Origin: Camelus dromedarius
Taxonomy: Eukaryota
Assembly (NCBI RefSeq): GCF_036321535.1
Contig: NC_087436.1
Location: 35,900,001 to 35,964,000 of the forward strand
Direction of reading: 5' to 3'
DNA length: 64,000 bases
Shown: piece after piece, positions 41,110 through 53,397 of the stretch
How positions within the stretch are numbered: position 1 is the stretch's first letter
Layout of the letters: every line of letters begins with the position of its first letter
Notes under the pieces: generated by a model
What the model saw: only the letters and a program-made list of their open reading frames with translations
Databases searched by the model: none
What the model was told of the DNA's origin: nothing
Translations under genes and position numbers: made by a program

Positions 41110-42000
41110 GTGAGGCAGCAGAAGAATATGTTCCAGGCAAAGGTACAAGATAAAATCCTGGAAGACGAGATAAGTGATGAAAAGATAGGCAATCTACCTC
41201 AGAAAGACTTTAGAGTAATAACTGTGAAGATGATCAGAAAACTTGGGAGGAGAATAGATGTACAGAGCAAAGTTTTTAGCAAAGAGTTGGAAATATAAAG
41301 AATACCCAAAAAGAGTTGAAGAATACAATTTCCAAAATGACTAATACACTAGAAGGAACCAAGACTGATTAAATGAGGCAGAAGAATGGATCAGTGAGCT
41401 ACAAGACAGAGCAGTGAAAATCACTATCGATGAACAGAAAAAACAAAAAGAATGAAAAGAAATAAGGATAGTTTAAGAGAACTCTGAGACAACATGAAGC
41501 GCACTAATTACAGAGGTCCCAGAAAGCAAAGAGAGAGAAAAGGACCTCTGTAATTTTGAAGAGATTACAGCTGAAAACTTCCCTAACTTGGGGAAGGAAA
41601 CAGTCACCCAAGTTCAGGAAGTGCAGAAAGTCCCACACAGGATTAACTCAAAGAGGAATACACTGAGGCACATAGTAATCAACTTGAAAAAAATTAAAGA
41701 TAAGGATAAAGCACTAAAATTAGCAAGAGAAAACCAACAAATAACATACAAGGGAACTCCATAAAGTTATCCACTGATTTTTCAGCAGAAACTCTACAGG
41801 CCAGAAGGAAATGGCATGATATATTTAAAGTGATGAGAGGGAGAAACCTACAACCAAGAATACCCTACCCAGCAAGGCTCTCATTCAGATTTAATGGAGA
41901 AATCAAAAGCTTCACAGATAAGCAAAAGCTGAAAGAATTAAGCACCATCAAACCAGCTTTACAACGAATGTTAAAGGGACTTCTCCAGGTAAAAAAGGCC
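41110..42000 (+). pseudogene. L1 ORF1p remnant (frameshifts and stops)
   Basis: Fragments MRQQKNMFQAK... and LQPRIPYPARLSFRFNGEIKSFTDKQKLKEL. Confidence 0.88.
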
Positions 42001-42220
42001 ACAACTAAAAACAAGAAAAGTAATTGTGAGGGGAGGAGGGTACAAATGCAGGGTATCTAAAATGCATTTGAAATTAAGACAGCAACTTAAAACAATCACA
42101 CACACACCCATAACTGCAAAACCAAAAATCTATAATAGATATACACACAAAAAAAGAAGAGGAACCCAAATGTAACTCTGTAGTCATCAAACTACAAGAG
42201 AAGAGAACAAAAAGAAAAGA

Positions 42221-42370
42221 GGCACAGAGTATAGCTCAGTGGTAGAGTGCGTGCTTAGCATACACAAGGTCCTGGGTTCAATCCCCAGTTACCGCCACTA
42301 AAGGAATAAACAAACAAACTAGCCTAATCACCTCTCAACAACAACAACAAAAAACAAGCAAACATTTTAA
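42221..42370 (+). mobile_element. tRNA-derived SINE (Vic-1-like) inserted in the L1 inter-ORF region
   Basis: tatagctcagtggtagagtgcgtgcttagcat...ggtcctgggttcaatcccc followed by an A/C-rich tail; same family as 1258-1405. Confidence 0.85.
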
Positions 42371-42409
42371 AAAAGAGATAAAAAGACCTACAAAAACCAG
42401 TCCAAAACA

Positions 42410-43470
42410 ATGAACAGACTAGCAATAAGAACATACATGTTGGTAATTACCTTAAATGTAAATAGATTAAATGTTCTAACCAAAAGGCTGACTGAATGGA
42501 TACAAAAACAAGACCCATACATATGGTGTCTACAAGAGACATATTTTAGAGCTACAGACACATGTAGGCTGAAAGTGAGGGGATGGAAAAAGATATACCA
42601 TGCAAATGGAAACCAAAAGAAAGCTGGAATGGCAATACTTACATCAGACAAAATAAATTTTAAAATAAAGACTGTTACAAGAGATGAAGCAGGACACTAC
42701 ATAATGTTCAAGGGATCAATCCCAGAAGAAGATATAACAATTGTAAATATATATGCACCCAAGATAGGAGAACCTCAATATATAAGACACCTGTTAAGAG
42801 ACATAAAAGGAGAAATCGACAATAACATAATAATAGTGGGGAACCTTAAAACCTCATTTACAGCAATGGATAGATCATCCAGACAGAATATCAATAAGAA
42901 AATACAGGCCTTAAATGACATATTAGACCAGATGGGCTTAATTGATATTTATAGAGCATTCCATCCAAAAGCAGCAGAATACATTCTTCTCAAGTGTGCG
43001 CAGAATATTCTCCAGAATCAATCACATGCTGACCCACAAAGCAAGCCTCAGTAAATTTAAGAAAACTGAAATTATAACGAGCATCTTTTCTGACCATACA
43101 CTCTGAGATTAGAAATCAACTACAAGAAAAAAACCATAAAATACACAAACACATGGAGGCTAAACAACATGCTACTAAACAACCAATGGATCACTGAAGA
43201 AATCAAAGAGAAAATAAAAAAAAATACCTAGAGACAAATGAAAACTAAAATATCATGATCCAAAACCTGTAAGATGCAGCAAAAGCAGTTCTAACAGGGA
43301 TGTTTATAGAGATACAGGCTTACCTCAGGAAACAAGAAAAATCTCAGATAAACAACCTAACCTTACATCTAAAGCAACTAGAGAGAGAAGAACAAACAAA
43401 ATCCAAAGTTAGTAGAAGAAAAGAAATCATAAAGATCAGAGCAGAAATAAATTAAACAGAAACAGAAACA
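42410..43470 (+). pseudogene. L1 ORF2 APE-endonuclease domain and linker remnant
   Basis: 214-aa ORF with ITLNVN, CLQET, GWKKIYHANG, NIYAP and DIYRAFHP motifs. Confidence 0.93.
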
Positions 43471-46389
43471 AACAAAAAAAAAAAGATCTGTACTCCAAAA
43501 ACTATATGATATTGATAAAAGAAACTGAATATGACACAAATAGATGGAAAGATATACCATGTTCTGGAATGGAAGAATCAATATTATTTAAATGGCCATT
43601 CTATTCAAGGCAATAGACAGATTCAATGCAATCTTTATCAAATTACCAATGACATTTTTCACAGAGCTGGAACAAAAAATATTAAAATTTGTATGGAAAC
43701 ACAAAAGACACCAAAAAACCAAAATTAACCTTGAGGAAAAACAACAGAGCTGGGGGAATCACACTCCCTGATTTCAGACAATACTACAAAGTTACAGTAA
43801 TCAAAACAGACACACAGATCAATGGAACAGGACAGAAAGTCCAGAAATAAATCCATGCACTTATGGTCAATTAATCTATGACAAAGGAAGCAAGAATATA
43901 CAATGGAGAAAAGACAGTTTCTTTAATAAGTGGTGCTAGGAAAACTGGACAGCTACCTGTAAAGAATAAAATTAGAACATTCTCTAATGCTATAAACAAA
44001 AATAAACTCAAAATGGACTAAAGTCCTAAATGTAAGACCAAATACTATAAACTCCTACAGGAGAACATAGGCAGAACACTCTTTGACATAAAGTGCAGCA
44101 ATATTTTTTTTTCAAACCAGCTCCTAGAGTAATGGAAATAAAACAAAAAATAAACAAATGGGACCTATTTAAACTTAAAAGCTTTTGCACAGCTAAGGAT
44201 ACCATCAACAAAATGAAAAAACAACCTACAGAATGGGAGAAAATATTTGCAAATGATGTGACTGACAAGGGACTAATCTCCAAACTATACAAATAGCTCA
44301 TACAGCTGAATATCAAAAAGACAAACAACCAAATCAAAAAACGGGCAGAAGACCTAAATAGACATCTCTCCAAAGAAGACATCCAGATGGCCAACAGGCA
44401 CATGAAAAGATGCTCAGTATCACTAATTATTAGAGAAATGCAAGTCAAAACTACAATGAGGTATCACCTCACACCAGTCAAAATGGCAAACATAAAGAAG
44501 TCTATAAATAATAAATGCTGGAGAGGGTGTGGAGAAAAAGGAGCCCTCCTACACTGTTGGTAGGACTGTAAATTGGTGCAGCCAATATGGAGGACAGTAT
44601 AAACGTTCCTTAAAAAACTAGAAATAGAACTACCATATGATTCAGCAATCCCACTCCTGGGCATATATCCAGAGAAAACTATAATTCAAAAACACACATA
44701 CACTGCAATGTTCACAGCAGCACTGATTACAATAGCCAAGACAAGGAAACAAGTCAAATGTCCACTGACAGACTATTGGATAAAGAAGATGTGGTATATA
44801 TATATACAATGGAACACTACTCAGCTATTAAAAAAAAATAAAATAATGCAATCTGCAGCAACATGGATGGACCTGAAGACCGTCATTCTAAGCGAAGTTA
44901 GCCAGAAAGAGAAAGAATAATACCAATATGGTATCACTTATATGTGGAATCTAAAAAAAAAAAGACACAATGAACTTATTTACAAAACAGAAACAGACTC
45001 ACAGACACAGAGAACAAACTTACGGTTACAAGGGGGTAAAGAGGGTGGTAAAGGATAAAATGGGAGTTTGAAATTTGCAGATACTAACTACTATATGTAA
45101 AATTAAAAAGTTTCTACTGTATAGCGCAGGAAACTATATTCAATATCTTGTAGCAATCCATAATAAAAAAGAATATGAAAACAAATATAGGTATGTATAT
45201 GTATGACTAAAACATGTTGTACACCAGAAATGGATACAACATTGTAAACCGACTATACTTCAATAATTATTAAAAAATTGAAAAAAAAAAGCCACCATAT
45301 GATGCCTGTCATTAAGCTATTATTAGCTTAATATCCTTTTAGAAACTAGAAGGGGAATGAATAAACTAATGAAGGAATGAATGTAAAAATGATGAAGACT
45401 TAAAGTTACTTGACTGGTTTTTGCCTTATTTTCTCTATTTATTATTTAGGATTAACAATGTTATGGGGCCATCTTAAAAGAAAATTGGTGAACAGATAGT
45501 AATTAAGTAAGGAGTATTATTCTAATTATAAGAAATCATTATTTTTATTACTACTCCTACTACAGCTAATGAGTACCAGTCTTGCCTATGGGCCTATGAA
45601 CTGTTTGATTTTGTCATCACCACAAAACTAGGAAATCTCATGTTTAAAGTCATACACTGATCATCAATTTTGAACTAACCATTTACAAATTTAAACATTA
45701 TTCAAAAATCTAAATAAATGAATTTGTTAATTGATATGCAGCAAAAATACTGATACATTTTCTTTACAATTTTTAAAAATTTTCAAATCTCTATTTTAAT
45801 AGCTCATAAAGACAAATTTGCTTTTTCTTAGAAAATATATTTTAAAAAATGGCTCAGTCTTCATGTATCCCTAAGAAAAATTGCTGTAAAAAGTACCATT
45901 GAGGTTTGCATGAGTTCTTCTCTAGCCCTTATATCTGAACTTGCTTTTTCCCTGCTAATACTAATGTTTCTTACCGCAAGAAAGCAAATAATTCCCTCTG
46001 TTTTCTCCTGTCCTCAGGTCCCCAGAGCCACCCAAGAACAAATACTGAATTACATAAATTCTTTAAAATTTCCAACAGCCACTTATAAAACATGGAAAAA
46101 CATAAAATAAAGCAGCCTATGAGTTACATATTAACATGGAAACTGTACAACCCTGTAAATTACCTTATAAAAGGAAATTTGATGATTAGTTTGTCCCTCT
46201 AAGGCTGAAGTCCCAATAAAAAGACATTTTATGTAAGTTATTTCAAGTTGTTGATTAATAAAGCCTTATGATTCAATAAAGTACAGAGAATTAATTACTT
46301 TCTCACCCTAAAAAAGTGGAAAGTAAAGTGAGAGGCTGATGGAAGAATACTTGCCCTATTACACTACACCTTTCCTTTCAGTACCTAAG

Positions 46390-47379
46390 AGGACATTAGT
46401 TCTGATGCCGTCAAGTCTCCTTTTTCTCCCTTTACATTTTAAAGCCCTCTTAGCTTTTTAAGCTTTTTAAGTTTAAAATTTTAAGTTTGTGTGTGGTCTG
46501 TTTTCAGGAATGATTGAGATGGACTATGCATGTGTTAGTTTTTTCTTGTAAGTGATGACACTTCTATACTTCTAAATTTTGAGGCATGTTTTAAAGATGT
46601 CAAGTCTGGTTTAAATTCTGATGAAAATACAATTCTGTATTTTACGTCCTTGTTTGCATTTTGATTAAGAAACAAAGGTGCACTGCATATTAGATGTTAA
46701 GATTAATCTCTGCTTTTACTCTGACCTAGTGAACTTCTCTGGTAACCACATACCGGCAAACACCTTTGCTGTGGTTTTCATCCTTATTAAGTGCTTTAAA
46801 ATGTTAAATCATTTATTAATTGGCCATTAAATGAAGATTATGCTTTTCTCTTGTCCATGGTGCATTAAAGTGAAGCTTGTTATTTATCATTAAAACATCA
46901 AACAACTAAAAATTTATTAGGACTAATCAATAACAGTTATCTTCAGTCATATTCTCTGCATGTTGTATTAAAGGCCAACATTTCATATGAGTAAATATAT
47001 AAAAATCTTGTAACTTTAAGGAGTGTTTAAAAAACAGAAACCTTAAAGATGCTGTAATTTCCTAGATGCTTTCAAAGGCACTGAAGCTTGGAGTACTTAT
47101 TTTACAGTTGGTAGCACTGCTTAATGTTACTAAGTATATTAATGTGTACCTGTAGGAACCATCGCCTTATTGAGATCAGCATCAGGCAGTTTGGTTTCAG
47201 TGTGTCACGTTGAGTTGTTCTTGCTGTGTTAATCTGCAAAGTTTATAGTTCTCCCCCACAAAATCGTGTTTCTAGTAAAACTCTGGATTTCTAAGATGAC
47301 TTGTATTCACATGGAGTTTACTGGTATCCTCAGAAGAATTAAAGTTAATCAGTGAGCAAACAAAACATATAAAAATAAA
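46390..47379 (+). pseudogene. Possible retrocopied mRNA 3'UTR fragment (parent gene not recognised)
   Basis: T-rich, UTR-like composition opposite to the local skew. ATTAAA at 47338-47343, then 14 nt, then a decayed A-rich tail at 47358-47379. Confidence 0.35.
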
Positions 47380-47699
47380 TGAACAATGTACTTTTTCAGA
47401 TAAAGCATAGACATTTCTTATTTATTCACATGGGTACTTTAGAAATGTTAAGCAAGTATTCTACTATAATTTATGTTTATGTTTAAAGTTAATATTGAAT
47501 ATGGCATATCTTTAAATGGACTGGTTTATTTACTCGACAGGACTAATCAAAAGTAGAATAGGAAACTAGATTTGGATTTAGGAAGAAAAATATATTGATT
47601 TTAAAATAAAATATATTTAATTCAAATAGAGTGAGCTGAAAATTAAGAATAAAAACAACTGAACCTTTATATAAATAAACAGTATTTCAGTTAAGGAAT

Positions 47700-48050
47700 G
47701 CAAGCTTGAATGCTGGGTAGCTGCATTTTAAATAATGGAGATCTAGGTAATTTGAACAAACACTCCTGCTCAGAATAACTAGAAAAACTGGAGAAAAACA
47801 TCTATTTGAAGAAATCAGAGAACTAACAAGTAATAATGAAGCCAAGATCTAGGAGAAGGAGGAGTATAGACACAAGTCCTATATTTAGAATAGCTTTTCA
47901 TTTGGAAGCAGATCTCATTCCTGGAAGAAGCTATTGAGAGCTAAGAAGCTAGCTGCCCTTTCAACATGCTTATGGGTCAGGAGGCGAGAACTGGAATCAA
48001 AGCTCACTAAGAAGAGAGTTGTAGTAAAGATTCCAGGGAAGAGCAAAGAC
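47700..48050 (+). mobile_element. Probable old L1M 5' region fragment
   Basis: ctcctgctcagaataactagaaaaactgga...tttgaagaaatcagagaactaacaag resembles old L1M 5' sequence. Confidence 0.4.
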
Positions 48051-48056
48051 CACTTA

Positions 48057-48231
48057 CTGCAGTGATGATGTTCTGTATGTGCACTGTCCAACAGCATTGT
48101 CATCGACCACAAGGGAGTATCAAGCACTTGAAATGTGGTGAAGTGTGAGATTAAAGAACTGAATTTGAAATTTTCTTTAATTTTAATCAATCTAAATTTA
48201 AATAGCTAGTAGCCTCTGTATTGGACAACAT
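48057..48231. mobile_element. hAT-Charlie MITE, MER3-like
   Basis: gcactgtccaa...agcacttgaaatgtgg...gaactgaattt...ttaattttaat...ttaaatagc...gtattggaca. Confidence 0.8.
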
Positions 48232-48264
48232 ATATCTGTAAGAGGTGATGCACAACTGTTTACA

Positions 48265-48590
48265 CTGCAGCACTGAATATTACATCAAAAACTTGAGACT
48301 GATTAAGGATCCAAATATAAATGGTAAAACTTGAAAGAATTGAATAGAAAATATGATTTTGGGTGAACAGAAGGATTTCTTTAAGAAGACATGAAGAACA
48401 CAAGAAGGAAAAGACAGATAAACTTGATTGAACTCCTCTACAATAAAAGACCACATAAAACATAAAGGGTAAAGATAAGCAATAAGACTGGGAGAGGATA
48501 TCTGAGTTACATATAATTGACAAAGGATTAGTAATCAGAATCTGTGAAGATCTACAAAGTGATAGGAAAAATGGCAAAAGATACTCTTAA
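48265..48590 (+). mobile_element. Old LINE-1 ORF2 3' fragment
   Basis: agactgggagaggatatctg...tgacaaaggattagtaatcagaat...aaaatggcaaaaga. Confidence 0.6.
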
Positions 48591-50200
48591 AGTTTTTAGA
48601 GTTGGGGGTAGAGGTCACAAAATAATCCTATTTCCCCTATCTGGATACAGCAGGGGACTGGAAGAGGGCAGTGAGGGAGGTAGGTATGAGAGAATAAGAA
48701 CCCAGAGGAGTAAGAGATATGGAGATCAATATATGTATTTTCTTACTGGAGAATGTAGCTGAATGGTACATTCACATGGCTTCCTAACACTTCACCTCTG
48801 AATTCGATGCACTGACTGCAGGCTCCCCCTCAGGGGCAAAACCTTTTGTGTCAGTTTACAGCACAGTAGAGTAGGCACCTTGGAAGCTCTGCCTCCAAGA
48901 AGTTCCAAAAGGAAAAAACAGAGCCCAGAATGAGTTGAGGTGGGCATTCTCAGTTCCTTTACCCAAACTAATCGGTTAAGACATTTTTTCTCACAGAAGT
49001 GACACATTGTGAAACTGGTAATACTTGACAGAAATATCTAAAGACAGGGCTTACATTTCTTCTGTGTATGGAATCACTTGTATGAATTAAATAGTAATTC
49101 CACTTTTAAAACCACTAAACGAATACAAACAATGCCCCAATTCTTTACTTTTTCTGAATTTTTCTGTCAAACTGCATGTAATTGATACAAATCTATCAGA
49201 AGTTAGCATTACATGAACTGCTTCCTACAGAGCAAGATGAGGGCATTTATTAGAGTATGGGCAGAAAGTGACATCTTTGCAAAGTTTTACATGGGAGCAG
49301 TTTTTTAAATCTCTGCACTATTTCAGACGATTTTCAGGTAGCAAATAGCTGAAGCCCCTCTGTAGCATCAAAGTGAAAGGGGGAAGCCTAGCTGTAAGCA
49401 CAGATCTTGAAATATGAGGCAGTGTTCACCTATAAATTGGCTTATTAACAATCTACAATACACACAATGAAACAGAATATATTGTAAAAAAAAAAATATG
49501 AACAACAAAATATCCCCAATACTACTATACAGTATAGAAGTGATGACTGTATCTGAGAAACCCACCTCCAGGAGCATCTGTTTTCCTTCATGCATAGTCA
49601 ATTCTTCTTTTATTCTTGTGAATACTTCTATTATTAACCCCTGTCCACTAATCTATGAGAGGAAGTCCTTTCACTGCAGAAGGAAGAGAAGAGATAGAGG
49701 TATCCTTCAGACCCTTTCTCATTCTGCTGGCTCTATTAAACATACACAGGAAAGATGGATATCTAACTAGAAAAGTGATACTTCAAAGTCCTCTATTCAT
49801 CTCTGTGAAATCTGGCCATGACTAGGAAATCAGATGAGGTTAGATACAGAAAGCACACTGCTTTATTTTTTGCCTCGATCATTAGTGCTGAGATGGAAAA
49901 CTGATGAAACAAAAATGTGACACATATTTTTCCGGAATTCATTTGGATGCTGGTATAATGCCAAAAGTGCTATCACTGAAGCAGAGATATGCAGCCACCA
50001 CTTCAACTGTTATGTTGGTGCATATAGCAACATCAGGAACTTTTCTTCCTCGTCTTGTAAACATTTAAACCAATGTGCATTTTTGAAAAAAAAAAAAAGA
50101 GATTACAGTATTGTTATAATATCCTGGGACTATTATGTAGGAAGAGGGTATTTCCAATAATCAACTGATCTTAGCAAACAGATAAGATTAAAATTAACTC

Positions 50201-51012
50201 GTCAGAAATGCAAATCAAAACTACAATAAGGTATTATCCCACATTGGTCAGAATGGCCATCATTGAAAAGTCCACAAGTGATAAATGCTGGAAAGGGTGA
50301 GAGAAGGGAACCCTTTTAACACTGTTGGTGGTAAAGTAATTTGGTGCAGCCAGTATGGAAAACAATATGGATATTCCTACAAAAAATTTAGAAATAGAGT
50401 TACCATATGGTCCAATAATCCCACTCCTGGGCATATATCCAGAGAAAACTCCAATTAAAAAGATACATAACATCAATGTTCACAGCAGCACTATTTACAA
50501 TAGCCATGACATGGAAACAACCCAAATATTCACAGACAGATGACTGGATAAAGAAGTTGTGGTATATTTATACAATGAAATACTACTCAGCCATAAAAAA
50601 GAATGAAATAATGCCATTTGCAGTAACATGGACAGACCTAGAGATAATCATACTAATTGAAGTCAGATGGAGAAAAATATCATATGCTATCACTTACACA
50701 GAGGATCTAAAAAAATGAGACAAATGAACTTATTTACAAAACAGAAACAGACTCATAGACAAAGAAAACAAATTTATAGTTACCAAAGGTGGGGGGATAA
50801 ATTAGGAGTTTGTGATTCACAGATACAAACTATTATAAACAAAATAGATAAACAACAAGGTCCTACTGTATAGCACAGGGAACTATATTCAATAGTTTGC
50901 AATTATCTATAATGGAAAAGAATATGAAAAAGAATATATATATATTCTTGTAAAACAATCATGCTGTACACCAGAAACTAACACAACATTGTCAACTATA
51001 CTCTATTTAAAA
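50201..51012 (+). mobile_element. 5'-truncated LINE-1 3' end
   Basis: MFTAALFTIAMTWKQPK...KNEIMPFA. Perfect 11-bp TSD AAAATTAACTC at 50190-50200 and 51013-51023. Confidence 0.95.
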
Positions 51013-51554
51013 AAAATTAACTCAGATGAAACTAGTAGAAGCAATTCAGGCAATAGGTCAGTGTAGGCAAGGGGAAGGCAGAGATCAGGAATGAAGGCTG
51101 AAGCAGTGGTCAAAGAGAGTGGGAAATTGAAGGGAAACAAACAGTGGCAGGAAGCTTGTTCAGGGTATGGCCATCCTGGAGAGTTCATCTTAATATTTAT
51201 GTGCACAGTGAAAGCTTCTACCTTGTGGTTAAAAAACCTAATCTGAATATGACTGGTGAAAGTTGGGAGTTAATGGAAATTTCTGGGGTTAGTATAGGCT
51301 GGAAAAGCCTAAAGAAAAGGTATCTGAATGGTTCAAGCAGAGTGAAAAAGAGGCTGTTCTAGGAAACCACTTATGAGAAACTGGGTTATGGCATGGTTTG
51401 GTCTCTCGTGTATGATCCAGGTTTCACTTGTGGTAAACTTACAACTCTGAGCAGATGATAAAGAAACAACATAGAAACAGAAAATCACAGATGAATAAAA
51501 TTTCCTATAAAAGGCAGAGGAAATTTAGAAGAGTGGTGACACTGTACCATAGAG

Positions 51555-51767
51555 CAGGGTTTCTCAAATCTTAGCTACACCAACATTTGGGTCCATAAAA
51601 TTTTTGTTGAGGGGAGCTGTCCTGTGCATCTTAGGATGTTTAGCACCATCCCCGGCCCTACCGAGTAGATACTAGAAATATCTCTCTCCAGTCCACAACC
51701 AAGGATACTTCTTTATACCATCAAATGTCCCCTGGAGAGCAAAATCATCCTGGTTTGAGAACCACTG
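51555..51767. mobile_element. hAT-Charlie MITE, MER20
   Basis: cagggtttctcaa...ggggagctgtcctgtgcatcttaggatgtttagca...caaatgtcccctgg...ttgagaaccactg. Confidence 0.9.
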
Positions 51768-52118
51768 ACTTGGGGGAAAATTAGTCATTTACTTGCCATT
51801 TTGATTCACAGGTGCTCCCCACAGTACATTTTAAATACTTTCTCAGTATAGCACTTCTGCTGCATGAAACGGATAATGCTGATTTGTTAGTAGTCTCACC
51901 ATGAGACCACCAAGAATCAAAACAGTAGTCCTGCTTTTGGTTTTAAGTTGATCTGTAAAATCATTTGACATCTTATGACATGTCTTCTTGCATTCTGAAC
52001 TAATGTTGTAAACTTCAGAGACACATTTAACCACTTCTCATATGCTTATGCCTTGCCACCTAAATTAGAGTAAATTTCCAATAACAGAGAACCCACTAGT
52101 AAGTTTGGCATAATCTCC

Positions 52119-52409
52119 TTTTTTTTTTTTAACATTTTTTATTGATTTATAATCATTTTACAATGTTGTGTCAAATTCCAATCTAGAGCCCAATTTTTCA
52201 ATTATACATGAACATATATATATTCATTGTCACATTTTTTCTCTGTGAGCTACCATAAGATCTTGTATATATTTCCCTGTGTTATACAGTATAATCTTGT
52301 TTATCTATTCTATATTTTGAAATCCCAGTCTATCCCTTCCCACCCCCTGCCCCCTTGGCAACCACAAGTTTGTATTCTATGTCTATGAGTCTGTTTCTGT
52401 TTTGTATAT
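52119..52409 (-). mobile_element. Young LINE-1 3' terminus (about 290 bp) with poly(A) pointing left
   Basis: T-run followed by the reverse complement of the L1 3'UTR seen at 53030-53318. Confidence 0.95.
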
Positions 52410-53319
52410 AAGGAAGACATACAAATGATCAATAGACACATGAAAAAATGCTCAATATCACTAATTATCAGAGAAATGCAAATCAAAACTACAATGAGGT
52501 ATCACCTCACACCAGTCACAATGGCCATCATTCAAAAGTCCACAAATGACAAATGCTGGAGAGGCTGTGGAGAAAAGGGAACCTTCCTACACTGCTGGTG
52601 GGAATGCAGTTTGGTGCAGTCACTGTGGAAAACAGTATGGAGATTCCTCAAAAGACTAGGAACAGACTTACCATATGACCCAGGAATCCCGCTCCTGGGC
52701 ATATATCCAGAAGGAACCCTACCTCAAAATGACACCTGCACCCCAATGTTCATAGCAGCACTATTTACAATAGCCAAGACATGGAAACAGCATAAATGTC
52801 CATCAACAGATGACTGGATAAAGAAGATGTGGTATATTTATACAATGGAATACTATTCAGCCATAAAAGCTGACAACATAACGCCATTTACAGCAACATG
52901 GATGTTCCTGGAGAGTGTCATTCTAAGTGAAGTAAGCCAGAAAGAGAAAGAAAAATACCATACGAGATCGCTCATACGTGGAATCAAAAAAAAAAAAAAA
53001 AAAAAAAAAAAAACCAACCAAACAAAACATAAATACAAAACAGAAACAGATTCATAGACATAGAATACAAACTTGTGGTTGCCAAGGGGGCGGAGGGTAG
53101 GAAGAGATAGACGGGATTTCAAAATTGTAGAACAGATAAACAAGATTATACTGTATAGCACAGGGAAATATACACAAGATCTTATGGTAGTTCACAGAGA
53201 AAAAAATGTGACAATGAATATGTGTATGTTCATGTATAACTGAAAAATTGTGCTCTACACTGGAATTTGACACAACATTGTAAAATGATTATAAATCAAT
53301 AAAAAATGTTTAAAAAAAA
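52410..53319 (+). mobile_element. Young LINE-1 3' 0.9 kb (open ORF2 C-terminus and 3'UTR) with poly(A) pointing right
   Basis: 210-aa ORF 52425-53057 containing [15 protein letters not shown]...HCWWEC...[10 protein letters not shown]. Confidence 0.96.
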
Positions 53320-53397
53320 CTTATCAATGCAATGCTTTAACTTACACAGTTACCCCTGGGAATTTCAATCTAACCAAAGACCCAACATAACTGGCTA

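Larger units (their letters stand above)
40022..45290 (+). mobile_element. 5'-complete LINE-1 (5'UTR, ORF1, ORF2 endonuclease, internal deletion of RT, ORF2 C-terminus, 3'UTR, A tail), inactive
   Basis: TSD aagagtcaccatatg (40008-40022) / aaaagccaccatatg (45287-45301). YY1-like caagatgg at the 5' end. ORF1 motif YPARLSF..GEIKSF.DKQKLKE. EN motifs ITLNVN and CLQET. Confidence 0.95.

Noticed and set aside
50007..50036. Small hairpin (atgttg...caacat) as a pre-miRNA
   Set aside because: Stem too short and not extendable to a ~60-nt precursor.
52119..53319. Ordinary twin-priming 5' inversion
   Set aside because: The inverted piece duplicates the 3' terminus with its own poly(A) instead of being upstream sequence, and no TSD brackets the pair.
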